In this document: positions 32,202 through 41,618 of the stretch, in pieces
Position numbering within the stretch: position 1 is the stretch's first letter
Layout: every line of letters starts with the position of its first letter
Assembly: GCA_016779935.1 (NCBI GenBank)
Contig: JADHMQ010000008.1
Location: forward strand, 2,672 to 66,671
Reading direction: 5' to 3'
DNA length: 64,000 nucleotides
Origin: Flavobacteriales bacterium
GTDB taxonomy: Bacteria > Bacteroidota > Bacteroidia > Flavobacteriales > UBA7312
Notes under the pieces: model-generated
Seen by the model: the letters and a program-made list of their open reading frames with translations, nothing else
Told to the model about the DNA's origin: nothing
The model's database searches: none
Made by a program: the position numbers and the translations under genes

Positions 32202-35200
32202 CTTCTTCGGTATTTTCTTCTTCAAACAATTCGTTTAGTTCAATGGAGTCTAACGAATCAATTATTAAACCCTCTTTATCAATTGCTTTTTGCTCTTGAC
32301 TTTCAAGAGCTTCTATATTAGATATTTTTTGCTTACAGATACTAACTAAATCTTCTCCTTGATAATTATCTACAATACTCTGAAGGGTGGCTTTTGACTG
32401 AAAATAATTTTCTTTTTCAAAGTAAATATCTGATAACAAAATAAATGCCTTTGCGACATAATAATCACTATAATATTTTTCTGAAAGCTCGTAAATAGTT
32501 GACTCACAAGAATCCAAATCTTCTGCTAAAAATTGAAGGTAGGCTAATTGATATTTTGCTTCAGCTCCCAATTCAGAAGTATTGTTTTGAGAGACAAAGT
32601 CATACTCTTTTTTGGCAATATTATATTCGGACTGTTCAAAATAATGGTTAGCTATAACGAGTTTAGCCTTATTTTTTGTTTCAACATCTAATTTCTCTAA
32701 TTGTAATAATTTCTCTGCAAATTCAAACTGTGAAGGCTTAATTCCCAGTTTTGTATAACATGTAAATAGCTTTAATGTAGATTCTCTTATTAGATTATTA
32801 TCTTGTGCTACAGATAACAATTTATTGTAGTGAAAAGCTGCGGTTCCGTATTCTCCTCTTTCGAATTCAATTCTTGAGAGGCGAATTAATGAACGTTCAG
32901 TAAAATCATTTTGAGGCAACTCCAAAACCATCAAATAATCCTCAATAGCATCTTCTGGATTGTTCAAATACAAACATTCTGCTTTATAGTAGTGGGCTTT
33001 AAGTTTAAATATTGGATCCTCATAGTTAGTGAGATAATTAGAAAATGCAAGTGCAGCCTTATCGTATTTTTGATTGAGGTAAAGGTTTTCAGATGCTTCA
33101 TAACTCAAGGAATCCTTAGATGCAACATCAACACTAACGTCTGAAAGACCATCTATATATTTAAAGTATGAGCTTACATCACCTTGTTCTACAGATAGGT
33201 TTTTAAAGGCTATTAAGGCTTCTTTCGCTTCTGTTGAATTTGGGTAATCTTCGATAACTTTTTTGAAGTTTGAAACCGCTAATTCATTCTTTTCATCATT
33301 GTAATAATTCAAACCTATATTCAGTAAAGCCACTTTTACTAAAGGGCTATTGGGATGATTTTTAATAAGATCATTGAGCAATTCAACTGACTTATCCAGA
33401 TTGCCTTGGTTTGAATAAATAGAACTTAAGCTTAATATAGCGTCATCATGATAAATTGATGTAGGGAACTCTGCTATTAGCTTTGTCAGCACATCACGTT
33501 TTTTAGATTGTTTATTAGTAAGACCATAGCATGTAGATTGTTGAAATATTGAAAAGTCAATATCAAAAGTCCCTTTTTCTTCTGCTAAAACATAATATTC
33601 TATGGCCCTATTATATTTTCTGGTCATAAAATAAGAATCTCCAATTCTTAAATAGGAATCGGTCAACTTATTTTTATCAGTTGATTTTTTAATGTATTTC
33701 CTGAACCATTTTATAGCATTGTCGTATTGTTTGATTTGGAAATATGAAAAGGCAAGTGAGTAGTATGACTCTGAATATTCATTTGAAGAGAAGGCACCGT
33801 CCTGAAATTGAAAAGCATTAAATTCTTCAATGGCTTTGTTATAATCACCCAACTGATAGTACGCCTCTCCCATCCAAAAGTAACTTCTAGCAATTAAAGC
33901 AGAATTCAAAGGGTATTTTAATGATTTTTTAAACCATTCAATTGATACCTCATGCTCTCCTGAAAGGTAGTTTTCTAGCGCTAGAAAGTAACTCAACTTT
34001 TGATAAACTTGTTGCTGCTCAAAGGTTAAATCAGTTAAAACGGATAATTTATCAATAGCAGATTGATAGTTTTTTGTTGAAGTATATGCTTTAATCAGTA
34101 GATTTTGAACGTATGATTTATGAATTGAAACAGGATAGTCTTCAATAAAATATTCGATAATACTTACCGCGTCTTCAAGGGTATTTTTCTGTTCAAAAAT
34201 TAACTTTACATGATTAAAAGCAGCGTCTTCTTTTAAATCTAAATCATAGTCAATTTCAGAGGCATACTTAAAAGCATTTATAGCTTGTGCTTTTTCATTC
34301 TGATTAAGATAGGCTTTTGCTAATTGGTGAGCAGCAAACTGAGACAAACTGTCTTCTTCTAATAAGATATTTTCGAAGTGCTTGATAGATTCATCAAACT
34401 GACCCAATTCAAAATAAGATATTGCCAGTTGGTATTGTTCAAATCTATTAAGGGAATTATTCTGAAGGTACTTTTGCATATAGCTCACAGAAGATTCATA
34501 ATCATCCAAGGCGTAATAGGCACTCCCAATCAATCGAGCAAGCTCAGAATCTCTACTAGGGTTATAACTTGCCTCTAATAAAGGTTTTGCAAAATCAATT
34601 AACTCTTCGTATTGATGTTGATAATAATAAATGTGAGTTATGTAATATTTACTTATAACCCCAAGCTTTGGGGTTTCCATAAGCTTGTTGAATTCTTTAA
34701 GAGCAGTAGCATAGTTACCTTCTTCATAGGCCATATGACCCAAACAATAGGTAGTCAAATCTGAATATGTAAATTTGATTTTATTGATATCAAAAAAGAA
34801 TATTTTGGCTTCATCATATTTTCCTGTAATGAAGTACGAATAGCCTAATCGGAAATAATACATAGCTTCATCTTCAAAATCAAGATCAAAAACATCTACC
34901 ATATTAAGCTTAGCAATTGCTTTATCATATTCCTTATTTCTAAAATGAATTTTAGAAAGTGCTAAAAAGGACTTATTCCGATATTTACCATGGGGGTAAT
35001 TACTTAAGTAATCTTCAAACCTTATTTCAGCTTCATCGTTAAACAACTCTAAAGCACATCGAGATTGTTGGTACTGAATCCACTCTATATTTTCATCTGA
35101 CGCAGACTCACAGTCTTGAAAGGCATCACATATTGAATAGACTAAAGCGAATTGCTCTTTTTCAAGTAAGTTGTCAATTTGCTCTATATCGCAAATTTGA

Positions 35201-35253
35201 GCATATAATAGCTGACTAAGTACTATAAATAAAACGTTAAAAAATAATTTCAT
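32191..35253 (-). CDS. Large exported tetratricopeptide-repeat protein
   Basis: Signal peptide; many TPRs (YFRLGYSYF, YFWMGEAYY, YYSLAFSYF, YLRIGDSYF, LI..FP.S / YPNS motifs, GAEAKY). Confidence 0.9.
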   Translation of the reverse strand: MKLFFNVLFIVLSQLLYAQICDIEQIDNLLEKEQFALVYSICDAFQDCESASDENIEWIQYQQSRCALELFNDEAEIRFEDYLSNYPHGKYRNKSFLALSKIHFRNKEYDKAIAKLNMVDVFDLDFEDEAMYYFRLGYSYFITGKYDEAKIFFFDINKIKFTYSDLTTYCLGHMAYEEGNYATALKEFNKLMETPKLGVISKYYITHIYYYQHQYEELIDFAKPLLEASYNPSRDSELARLIGSAYYALDDYESSVSYMQKYLQNNSLNRFEQYQLAISYFELGQFDESIKHFENILLEEDSLSQFAAHQLAKAYLNQNEKAQAINAFKYASEIDYDLDLKEDAAFNHVKLIFEQKNTLEDAVSIIEYFIEDYPVSIHKSYVQNLLIKAYTSTKNYQSAIDKLSVLTDLTFEQQQVYQKLSYFLALENYLSGEHEVSIEWFKKSLKYPLNSALIARSYFWMGEAYYQLGDYNKAIEEFNAFQFQDGAFSSNEYSESYYSLAFSYFQIKQYDNAIKWFRKYIKKSTDKNKLTDSYLRIGDSYFMTRKYNRAIEYYVLAEEKGTFDIDFSIFQQSTCYGLTNKQSKKRDVLTKLIAEFPTSIYHDDAILSLSSIYSNQGNLDKSVELLNDLIKNHPNSPLVKVALLNIGLNYYNDEKNELAVSNFKKVIEDYPNSTEAKEALIAFKNLSVEQGDVSSYFKYIDGLSDVSVDVASKDSLSYEASENLYLNQKYDKAALAFSNYLTNYEDPIFKLKAHYYKAECLYLNNPEDAIEDYLMVLELPQNDFTERSLIRLSRIEFERGEYGTAAFHYNKLLSVAQDNNLIRESTLKLFTCYTKLGIKPSQFEFAEKLLQLEKLDVETKNKAKLVIANHYFEQSEYNIAKKEYDFVSQNNTSELGAEAKYQLAYLQFLAEDLDSCESTIYELSEKYYSDYYVAKAFILLSDIYFEKENYFQSKATLQSIVDNYQGEDLVSICKQKISNIEALESQEQKAIDKEGLIIDSLDSIELNELFEEENTEEDEE

Positions 35254-35276
35254 TTATAAATTTTGAGCTAATTTAT

Positions 35277-35284
35277 CAAAGTTA
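35277..35284 (-). promoter_or_regulatory. -7 promoter element for the TPR-barrel operon
   Basis: TAACTTTG on minus strand, 23 nt upstream of ATG. Confidence 0.6.
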
Positions 35285-35368
35285 GACCCTTCTACTATTG
35301 AGCATCGAATAAGTTATTAACAGAATACGTGTGCATAAAGAAGTATTGACGATAGTTTTAAAAAAAAG

Positions 35369-35376
35369 TAACTTTG
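35369..35376 (+). promoter_or_regulatory. -7 promoter element for ftsE
   Basis: TAACTTTG 24 nt upstream of ATG, with TTG about 20 nt further upstream. Confidence 0.6.
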
Positions 35377-35400
35377 TGACAAGCACAAAGCAATTAAAAC

Positions 35401-36066
35401 ATGCCATTAGTTGAATTAAAACACGCCGACATTTATCAGCAAGACAAACTCATTTTGAGTGATGTATCTTTTAAAATAGAACCTACAGAATTTGTTTATC
35501 TAATAGGCTCTACTGGTAGTGGAAAAAGTTCATTGTTAAAAACATTATATGCTGATTTGCCTTTAAATAAAGGCTTAGCCGAAGTAGTCGACTATCAACT
35601 TTTTGATATTAAAAAATCTATCATTCCTTTTCTAAGACGCAAGATTGGCATCGTCTTTCAAGATTTTCAACTTCTTACCGACAGAACGGTTTTTGATAAT
35701 CTAGATTTTGTGCTAAAGGCTACGGGCTGGAAAAACAAAAAAGAGATTAGTGAGCGAATTGAAGAAATGCTTACAAAAGTGGGTATGCAAGAACACATTA
35801 ATAAAATGCCTTATGAATTATCTGGCGGCGAACAGCAACGTGTTTGTATTGCAAGGGCATTATTAAACAAACCTGATTTGATTCTTGCCGATGAACCTAC
35901 TGGAAACCTCGACCCAGAAACAACTGACAGCATCCTAAATCTTATCCACGAGTTATGCTCAAGTGGTTGTGCTGTATTAATGGCTACTCATGAACATAAC
36001 TTATTAAATCGGTTCCCTTCAAAAGTATTGAAGTGTGAAGATGGAAGAGTAATTTATACTAAATAA
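35401..36066 (+). CDS. ftsE: Cell-division ATP-binding protein FtsE
   Basis: Walker A GSTGSGKS; [23 protein letters not shown]; LSGGEQQR; [11 protein letters not shown]. Confidence 0.88.
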   Translation: MPLVELKHADIYQQDKLILSDVSFKIEPTEFVYLIGSTGSGKSSLLKTLYADLPLNKGLAEVVDYQLFDIKKSIIPFLRRKIGIVFQDFQLLTDRTVFDNLDFVLKATGWKNKKEISERIEEMLTKVGMQEHINKMPYELSGGEQQRVCIARALLNKPDLILADEPTGNLDPETTDSILNLIHELCSSGCAVLMATHEHNLLNRFPSKVLKCEDGRVIYTK

Positions 36067-36951
36067 ATGCTTTCGATATTAATACCAGTATATAATTTCA
36101 ATGTTACATCACTAATCAGCGAACTATTAAATCAGGCTGAAAAACTTAATGTCCAATTTGAAATAATATGTATTGATGACAAATCAAAGTCGAACTTTCT
36201 GGATGCCAACGATAATTTGAGAAATCTTGAAAATGTAAATTATCAAGTGTTAAAAGAAAATATTGGGCGCTCCAAAATAAGAAACCTACTTGCATCAGAA
36301 TCTAAGTATGAATATTTACTTTTTCTGGACTGTGACATCAAAATATCAAATCCTGACTTCCTTGAAAACTATATCAATCTAATCAACAAAAATGATGTTA
36401 TCATTGGTGGCTTAAAATATGAGTCGTTTGATGATACTGACAAAAACAAACGCCTTAGATGGGCTTACGGAAAAAATAGAGAAGAAAAAAAAGCAATCAT
36501 TAGATCTAAAAATCCTTATTTAGCATTCAGTGTTTGCAACTTATTTATTAAGAAAAGTGTAAGTGAAAAAATCCTTTTTTCTGAAATTATTTCTCAATAT
36601 GGACATGAGGATACTTTGTATGGTATTGAGCTCAAAGCTCAAAAAATTAAAGTGAAACATATTGATAACCCCATTATACATTTAGGATTAGATGAAACGG
36701 ATGTTTTTATTAAAAAAACTGAATTAGGCTTAGAAAACTTGAAGTCACTATCTAATAATTACCCAGGGATAATTACACTAACAAAGATTGGGCGATATTA
36801 TACTGCCATAAGAAGAACTCTTATTTTTTCAAAACCTATTTTTAAAATGACGAAACGTGTAACAAAGTCATTACTTTTAAATGGAAGCACTAATCTTCTA
36901 GTATTTGATTTATTTAAACTCAGTTTTTTACTTTGTCTAGAAAAAAACTAA
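36067..36951 (+). CDS. Glycosyltransferase family 2
   Basis: LSILIPVYN, EIICIDD, GRSKIRN, LLFLDCD, YGHED. Confidence 0.9.
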   Translation: MLSILIPVYNFNVTSLISELLNQAEKLNVQFEIICIDDKSKSNFLDANDNLRNLENVNYQVLKENIGRSKIRNLLASESKYEYLLFLDCDIKISNPDFLENYINLINKNDVIIGGLKYESFDDTDKNKRLRWAYGKNREEKKAIIRSKNPYLAFSVCNLFIKKSVSEKILFSEIISQYGHEDTLYGIELKAQKIKVKHIDNPIIHLGLDETDVFIKKTELGLENLKSLSNNYPGIITLTKIGRYYTAIRRTLIFSKPIFKMTKRVTKSLLLNGSTNLLVFDLFKLSFLLCLEKN

Positions 36952-38008
36952 ACACACCTTCTAAAACTTTCTCTTCATTTTTCCAATTCAATTCCGCCTT
37001 AGCTTTTCCGAACTCATACGTTGATAATTTGGATTCCATAGCCTGAATTTGCTGAGCAATGTGTTGTGGGTTTCTATCTCCTAATAGCTCTCCAACATTG
37101 TAGTTCTCAACGATTTTTTCGACCTCAACTAAAGGTGAAGCTAGCACAGGCGTTTCAGCATGTATATAGTCAAAAAGTTTATTGGGCAAACTGTATTCAA
37201 AACTCTTTCCTAAAGGCTCTTCAAACAAAATTCCAATAGATGCACTTTCTGTATGCTTTTTTAAGTCTTCAAATGGCAAACGCCCTAAAAACTCCACCTG
37301 CTTGGAAACGCCTTCTGATTCTGACAAGGCTTTTAACCTATTTAAGCCAATGCCATTTCCAATTATTTTCAATCTATAATCGGGCAAAAATGACATACTC
37401 TTAATAGCTAATTCCAAACCACGTCCTGGATTTATATTCCCCTGATAAAGTATAGTTTTAGTATTTCTATCTCTTGAAGGTTGAGAACATAAATTAGGCA
37501 CATTTCTAACCACTTTCATATCAATACCATATAAAGTTTTATAATGTGACTGAATAGATTCACAAACGGTATAAGCATGTTTGATTTTTGGAAGTAAAAA
37601 AGACTCTAAACGTTCCCAAAGCCTTTTCTTAAAAGGACGTTCTAATAGCTCAGGGGCTTCAGGGAAAAGCTCATGACTATCATAAACTAAAGGGATGTTT
37701 TTGAGTTTTGAAATCAAGTAATTCGCCAATAAGGTATCTAAATCGTTACTTAATAAAACTGAGGTAGGCTTAAAAAGTAAAAGAAAAAATAAACGAAGAT
37801 TATATTCAAAGTAAAATAGAGGACCTGTATTGAACCACATCTTCATTCGCTTACAGCTGTAGTCTCTTTTTAAGGCTACACTCCACGGACGTTGCGCGCC
37901 AATGAGCTCAACCTCAAAACCCATCTTATGTAAGCTACTGCAAACTTTAAATACCCTTTGGTCGGTACTTATATCATTCGTAACAGAGACTATTACTTTT
38001 TTCCTCAT
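36920..38008 (-). CDS. Glycosyltransferase family 4
   Basis: TDQRV, NDLDTL, VYDSHELF, LYQG, LPNKLFDYI; convergent 32-nt overlap with the GT2. Confidence 0.88.
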   Translation of the reverse strand: MRKKVIVSVTNDISTDQRVFKVCSSLHKMGFEVELIGAQRPWSVALKRDYSCKRMKMWFNTGPLFYFEYNLRLFFLLLFKPTSVLLSNDLDTLLANYLISKLKNIPLVYDSHELFPEAPELLERPFKKRLWERLESFLLPKIKHAYTVCESIQSHYKTLYGIDMKVVRNVPNLCSQPSRDRNTKTILYQGNINPGRGLELAIKSMSFLPDYRLKIIGNGIGLNRLKALSESEGVSKQVEFLGRLPFEDLKKHTESASIGILFEEPLGKSFEYSLPNKLFDYIHAETPVLASPLVEVEKIVENYNVGELLGDRNPQHIAQQIQAMESKLSTYEFGKAKAELNWKNEEKVLEGVFSFFLDKVKN

Positions 38009-38069
38009 CTTTGCGAAAATACATAAAATAGAAGGAGTAAATCATAAGTATTTATACCTTTGAAAAAAT

Positions 38070-39074
38070 ATGACTGTACAACACCAATACCCACTACAAT
38101 CACTTAACACATTTGGCATTAAAGCACAGGCCGAATACTTTTCGCCCTTCTCATCCAAAGAAGAACTTATTGAGCTATTGGGTAAAACGCAAAAACCCCT
38201 AACTGTTTTAGGTGGTGGAAGTAACATCCTACTCACTAAGAACATTAATGGAACTGTTCTAAAAAATGAAATTTCAGAAATAGAAATAACGCATGAAGAT
38301 CAGGATAGTGTTACTGTAAAAGTTGGTGGCGGAGTAGTTTGGCACGATTTCGTTATGTGGAGTATTGAACATAACTTAGGAGGTATAGAAAATTTATCTC
38401 TAATTCCGGGAAGCGTTGGCGCTGCACCTATGCAAAATATTGGTGCTTATGGTGTGGAAATAAAATCAGTCTTTAAAGAATTAGAAGCTGTACATATTGA
38501 TGATAAAACCGTTAAGACCTTTAACAATAAAGACTGTCAATTTGCTTACCGATATTCTATATTTAAAGGTGAACTTAAAGGGCAATATATTATTTGTAAG
38601 GTGAGCTTTAAGTTAAGTAAACACCCCCGATTTAACACCTCCTATGGCGCTATAGAGGATGAGCTTAAGGAAATGGGAGCAAAAAAAAGCTTGAAGTCAA
38701 TCAGTCAGGCAGTTATAAATATTCGTCAGCGAAAACTACCCAACCCCAAAGACATTGGAAATAGTGGTAGCTTTTTTAAAAACCCCACAATTCCAAAATC
38801 TCAGTTTGAACAGCTAATAACACAATTTCCGAATATAGTTGGCTACCCCATTGGTGAGCATTCTATAAAAGTTGCTGCCGGATGGCTCATCGACCGTGCC
38901 GGGTGGAAAGGTTACCGCAAAGGCGATGCAGGCGTACACAAAAATCAAGCTCTAGTATTGGTAAATTATGGCACTGCTAAAGGAGATGAAATACTAGCAC
39001 TTTCAAGAGACATACAGAAATCCATTCAAGAAACATTTGGCATAGAGCTAGAAGCTGAAGTAAATATTTTATAA
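38070..39074 (+). CDS. murB: UDP-N-acetylmuramate dehydrogenase
   Basis: LNTFGI, LGGGSNIL, ENLSLIPGSVGAAPMQNIGAYG, YRYSIFK, GNSGSFFKNP, QALVLVN, LEAEVN. Confidence 0.97.
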   Translation: MTVQHQYPLQSLNTFGIKAQAEYFSPFSSKEELIELLGKTQKPLTVLGGGSNILLTKNINGTVLKNEISEIEITHEDQDSVTVKVGGGVVWHDFVMWSIEHNLGGIENLSLIPGSVGAAPMQNIGAYGVEIKSVFKELEAVHIDDKTVKTFNNKDCQFAYRYSIFKGELKGQYIICKVSFKLSKHPRFNTSYGAIEDELKEMGAKKSLKSISQAVINIRQRKLPNPKDIGNSGSFFKNPTIPKSQFEQLITQFPNIVGYPIGEHSIKVAAGWLIDRAGWKGYRKGDAGVHKNQALVLVNYGTAKGDEILALSRDIQKSIQETFGIELEAEVNIL

Positions 39075-39183
39075 CAGCATACAAATTAAAACACTTTCAT
39101 CTCGTATTGATAAGTAAAAAGAAAACGCTTTTTCTATATTAAAAATATAGATATTTGCTCTTGTATCTTAAAACAGAATTAGC

Positions 39184-39707
39184 TTGAAAAAACCATTAAA
39201 AAACTGTTCTCATTGTGGAGAAATTACTTCGAAAGACATTCGTATTGAAGAAAAGTATTTTTGCTGTGAAGGCTGCAAAGTAGTTTATGATATTTTAAAA
39301 GATAACAATCTTACATCTTACTACAATGATAACAGTGGAATAATCCCAAAAAAAATCAAAGTGGTAAATACGACTTCCTTTCCGAAACATCAGTTTCAGA
39401 AAAATTAATTGATTTTAAGGAAGATAACACAAGCATAGTAAGTTTCAGAATTCCAAAAATCCATTGTAGCTCTTGTATTTGGCTTCTCGAACAACTTTAT
39501 AAACTTAACGAGGGCATTTCATCTTCAAAAGTTAATTTTCCAAAAAAAACCATTCGAATAATATTTAACAATGAATTAACAAACCTCAAAGAAATAGTAG
39601 AACTTCTAGCTAGAATCGGTTATGAAGCTGAAATCAGAATGCATGAAGTAGAAAAATCATCATCTAAAATAACTTTACTAATTGAATCTATCCGCGTACT
39701 AAGTTGA
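39184..39707 (+). pseudogene. Truncated, frameshifted N-terminus of a CcoI/FixI-type heavy-metal P-type ATPase
   Basis: CSHCG..FCCEGCKVVY..L..YY; frameshift at A8 run 39348-39355 then GKYDFL..KLIDF..IPKIHCSSCIWLLEQL..VNF..LARIGY (HMA domain); stops at TGA 39705-39707 with no TM or ATPase domains. Confidence 0.85.
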
Positions 39708-40121
39708 TTATAGTTTTTAGTAGTTTCAATAATTACATCTATCTCACTAATATATTTTTTTTTCATAATCAAACACAAGTAATTCCGTTAATTTAAGCGT
39801 CCGGCTAATTTCCTCAGAATTTTTACCCATTTCAACAGCTCATATTCTTTAATATTCCCATCATTATAGGTTAAAAGAATAGAGTCTTTTTTCATGCGAT
39901 AGTCATTGAATGAATAATTTTGTCTATGAAAATCTTCTAAAAATATGTTATGAAGATTTGCAATTTTTTTTAATTTCTAAAAAACTTAATTCATAATCAT
40001 TGTAAACTGATCTAGTCTTTACTGTCTTATAATTATCAGTTTCATCATCGCTCTTCTCACAGCCTACAAAAGTTATTCCTACTAAGGCGAGGAATAGGGT
40101 ACCGTAAAGTAAATTTTTCAT
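39700..40121 (-). pseudogene. Degraded lipoprotein gene
   Basis: ATG 40121 gives MKNLLYGTLFLALVGITFVG-C-EKSDDETD (lipobox + acidic tail), stop at 39948-39950 just after an A8 run; a shifted frame continues IANLHNIFLEDF.. and breaks again; left boundary approximate. Confidence 0.6.
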
Positions 40122-40206
40122 TTTTATAAGTTTTAAGTTATGCTAAGACTAGTGCCTTTGCTTTGTTCAATATTAGCCAAAAATTACTAGCACCTATCTA
40201 TAATTT

Positions 40207-40223
40207 ATGTCTAATTTAGACAT
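40207..40223. promoter_or_regulatory. Perfect palindrome, candidate XRE operator
   Basis: ATGTCTAA-T-TTAGACAT between the divergent lipoprotein pseudogene and XRE gene. Confidence 0.5.
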
Positions 40224-40261
40224 TGAAAGAGGTGTAATTATTTTTTTTTAACTTCGAGTTA

Positions 40262-40480
40262 GTGAAAAAGCTTGGTAGAAATATTCGTATTATTAGAGAA
40301 ATCCGTAACCTAAGACAAGGAGGTCTCGGAAGAGCTATTGGCTACTCGCAAAAACATATTTCTAGAATTGAAAAAGGGGAAGTACAATTAGGTGATGAAT
40401 GCATCAAACGCATTGCTGAAACCTTAAATGTATCGCCACAAAAGCTAATTGACTTAGATTTAAAATCCTTTTTGAAATAA
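40262..40480 (+). CDS. XRE/Cro-CI family helix-turn-helix regulator
   Basis: LGRNIRIIRE.RNL.Q..LG..IGYSQKHISRIEKGE......I..IAETLNV. Confidence 0.88.
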   Translation: MKKLGRNIRIIREIRNLRQGGLGRAIGYSQKHISRIEKGEVQLGDECIKRIAETLNVSPQKLIDLDLKSFLK

Positions 40481-40507
40481 AAAAAGCAACTCAGTTGAGT
40501 TGCTTTT
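40479..40507. terminator. Bidirectional terminator between XRE gene and tRNA-Leu
   Basis: AAAAGCAACTCA-GT-TGAGTTGCTTTT. Confidence 0.85.
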
Positions 40508-40508
40508 G

Positions 40509-40590
40509 TGCGGATGAAGGGAGTCGAACCCCCACGCCTCGCGGCACTAGATCCTAAGTCTAGCGTGTCTACCAGTTCCACCACATCCGC
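40509..40590 (-). tRNA. tRNA-Leu (anticodon TAG), CCA not encoded
   Basis: Minus strand GCGGATGTGGTGGAACTGGTAGACACGCTAGACTTAGGATCTAGTGCCGCGAGGCGTGGGGGTTCGACTCCCTTCATCCGCA; anticodon arm CTAGA-CTTAGGA-TCTAG, long variable arm, GTTCGA T-loop; TATATTTG promoter at 40605-40612. Confidence 0.96.
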
Positions 40591-40712
40591 AGTAAAATGG
40601 TTTGCAAATATATAGTTTTTCATTAATCCACCTCAAAAAATAATTATGTAATATTTCAAATGTAAATTGCATCAAAATGCTATTTTTGTTTGAATATCAT
40701 TTTTAACCTAAT

Positions 40713-41618
40713 ATGTTACACATACAACCTAAAGATATCCCTGTAAGTGAATTACACCAATACTTATTGGGTGCTGTTGGTCCACGCCCTATTGCTCTAG
40801 CAAGTACGCTAGACCAATTTGGAAATCCTAACCTCAGTCCATTTAGTTTCTTTAATGTATTTAGTGCTAACCCACCTATTGCTATTTTTTCTCCAGCAAG
40901 ACGAGTGCGAAATAACACCACTAAACATACCCTAGAAAATGTGTTAGATAATAAGGAAGTGGTTATCAATGTTGTATCATATGATATTGTACAACAAACC
41001 TCTCTATCAAGTACAGAATACGAATCAGGCGTCAATGAGTTTGTAAAAGCTGGATTAACCCCTATTCAATCTGAATTGGTAAAGCCTTTTAGAGTAAAAG
41101 AGTCACCTGTTCAGATGGAATGCGTAGTAAATGATGTTATTGAATTGGGACAAGAAGGTGGTGCAGGGAATTTGGTAATATGCGAAATTAAAATGATTCA
41201 CATCAAAGAGGACATCCTCAACGATATGGGTGCCATTGACCCTAACAAAATAGATTTGGTAGGAAGAATGGGGGGCAATTGGTATTCAAGAAGTTCCCAA
41301 GATGCCATTTTTGAAGTAGAAAAGCCAATCCGAAAGCTAGGCATCGGTGTAGACAACATACCCTCTCGAATACGAAATAGTTATATACTTTCTGGGAATG
41401 ACTTAGGTATGCTGGGCAATATAGAATCTATTCCAAGCACAGAAGAAGTGGATACTTATAAAGAAGAAAATTACACCATCAAAGAGATATTAAATTTCAC
41501 AATGGAAGATGAAGAGACAAGAGAAAACCTTCATTATAGAGCAAAAGAATTATTAAAAAAAGGGCGAGTTATTGAAGCCTGGAAAACATTATTGATCGAT
41601 AAATTAAATAGAACATGA
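40713..41618 (+). CDS. Flavin reductase family protein (DIM6/NTAB-like)
   Basis: PRPIALAST, NLSPFSFFN, KHTLEN, PFRVKESPVQMEC, VGRMGGNWY. Confidence 0.88.
   Translation: MLHIQPKDIPVSELHQYLLGAVGPRPIALASTLDQFGNPNLSPFSFFNVFSANPPIAIFSPARRVRNNTTKHTLENVLDNKEVVINVVSYDIVQQTSLSSTEYESGVNEFVKAGLTPIQSELVKPFRVKESPVQMECVVNDVIELGQEGGAGNLVICEIKMIHIKEDILNDMGAIDPNKIDLVGRMGGNWYSRSSQDAIFEVEKPIRKLGIGVDNIPSRIRNSYILSGNDLGMLGNIESIPSTEEVDTYKEENYTIKEILNFTMEDEETRENLHYRAKELLKKGRVIEAWKTLLIDKLNRT

Noticed and set aside
30476-35338. Replication origin suggested by DnaA-like boxes near gyrB
   Set aside because: Intergenic spaces are only 120-150 nt with two boxes each; no dnaA/dnaN/mnmG and no clear strand-bias switch
39100-40590. 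Prophage or active integrative element at tRNA-Leu
   Set aside because: No integrase, att duplication or phage genes; only a remnant is supportable
40342-40623. 93-aa minus-strand ORF
   Set aside because: Runs through the tRNA-Leu gene and antisense to the XRE gene
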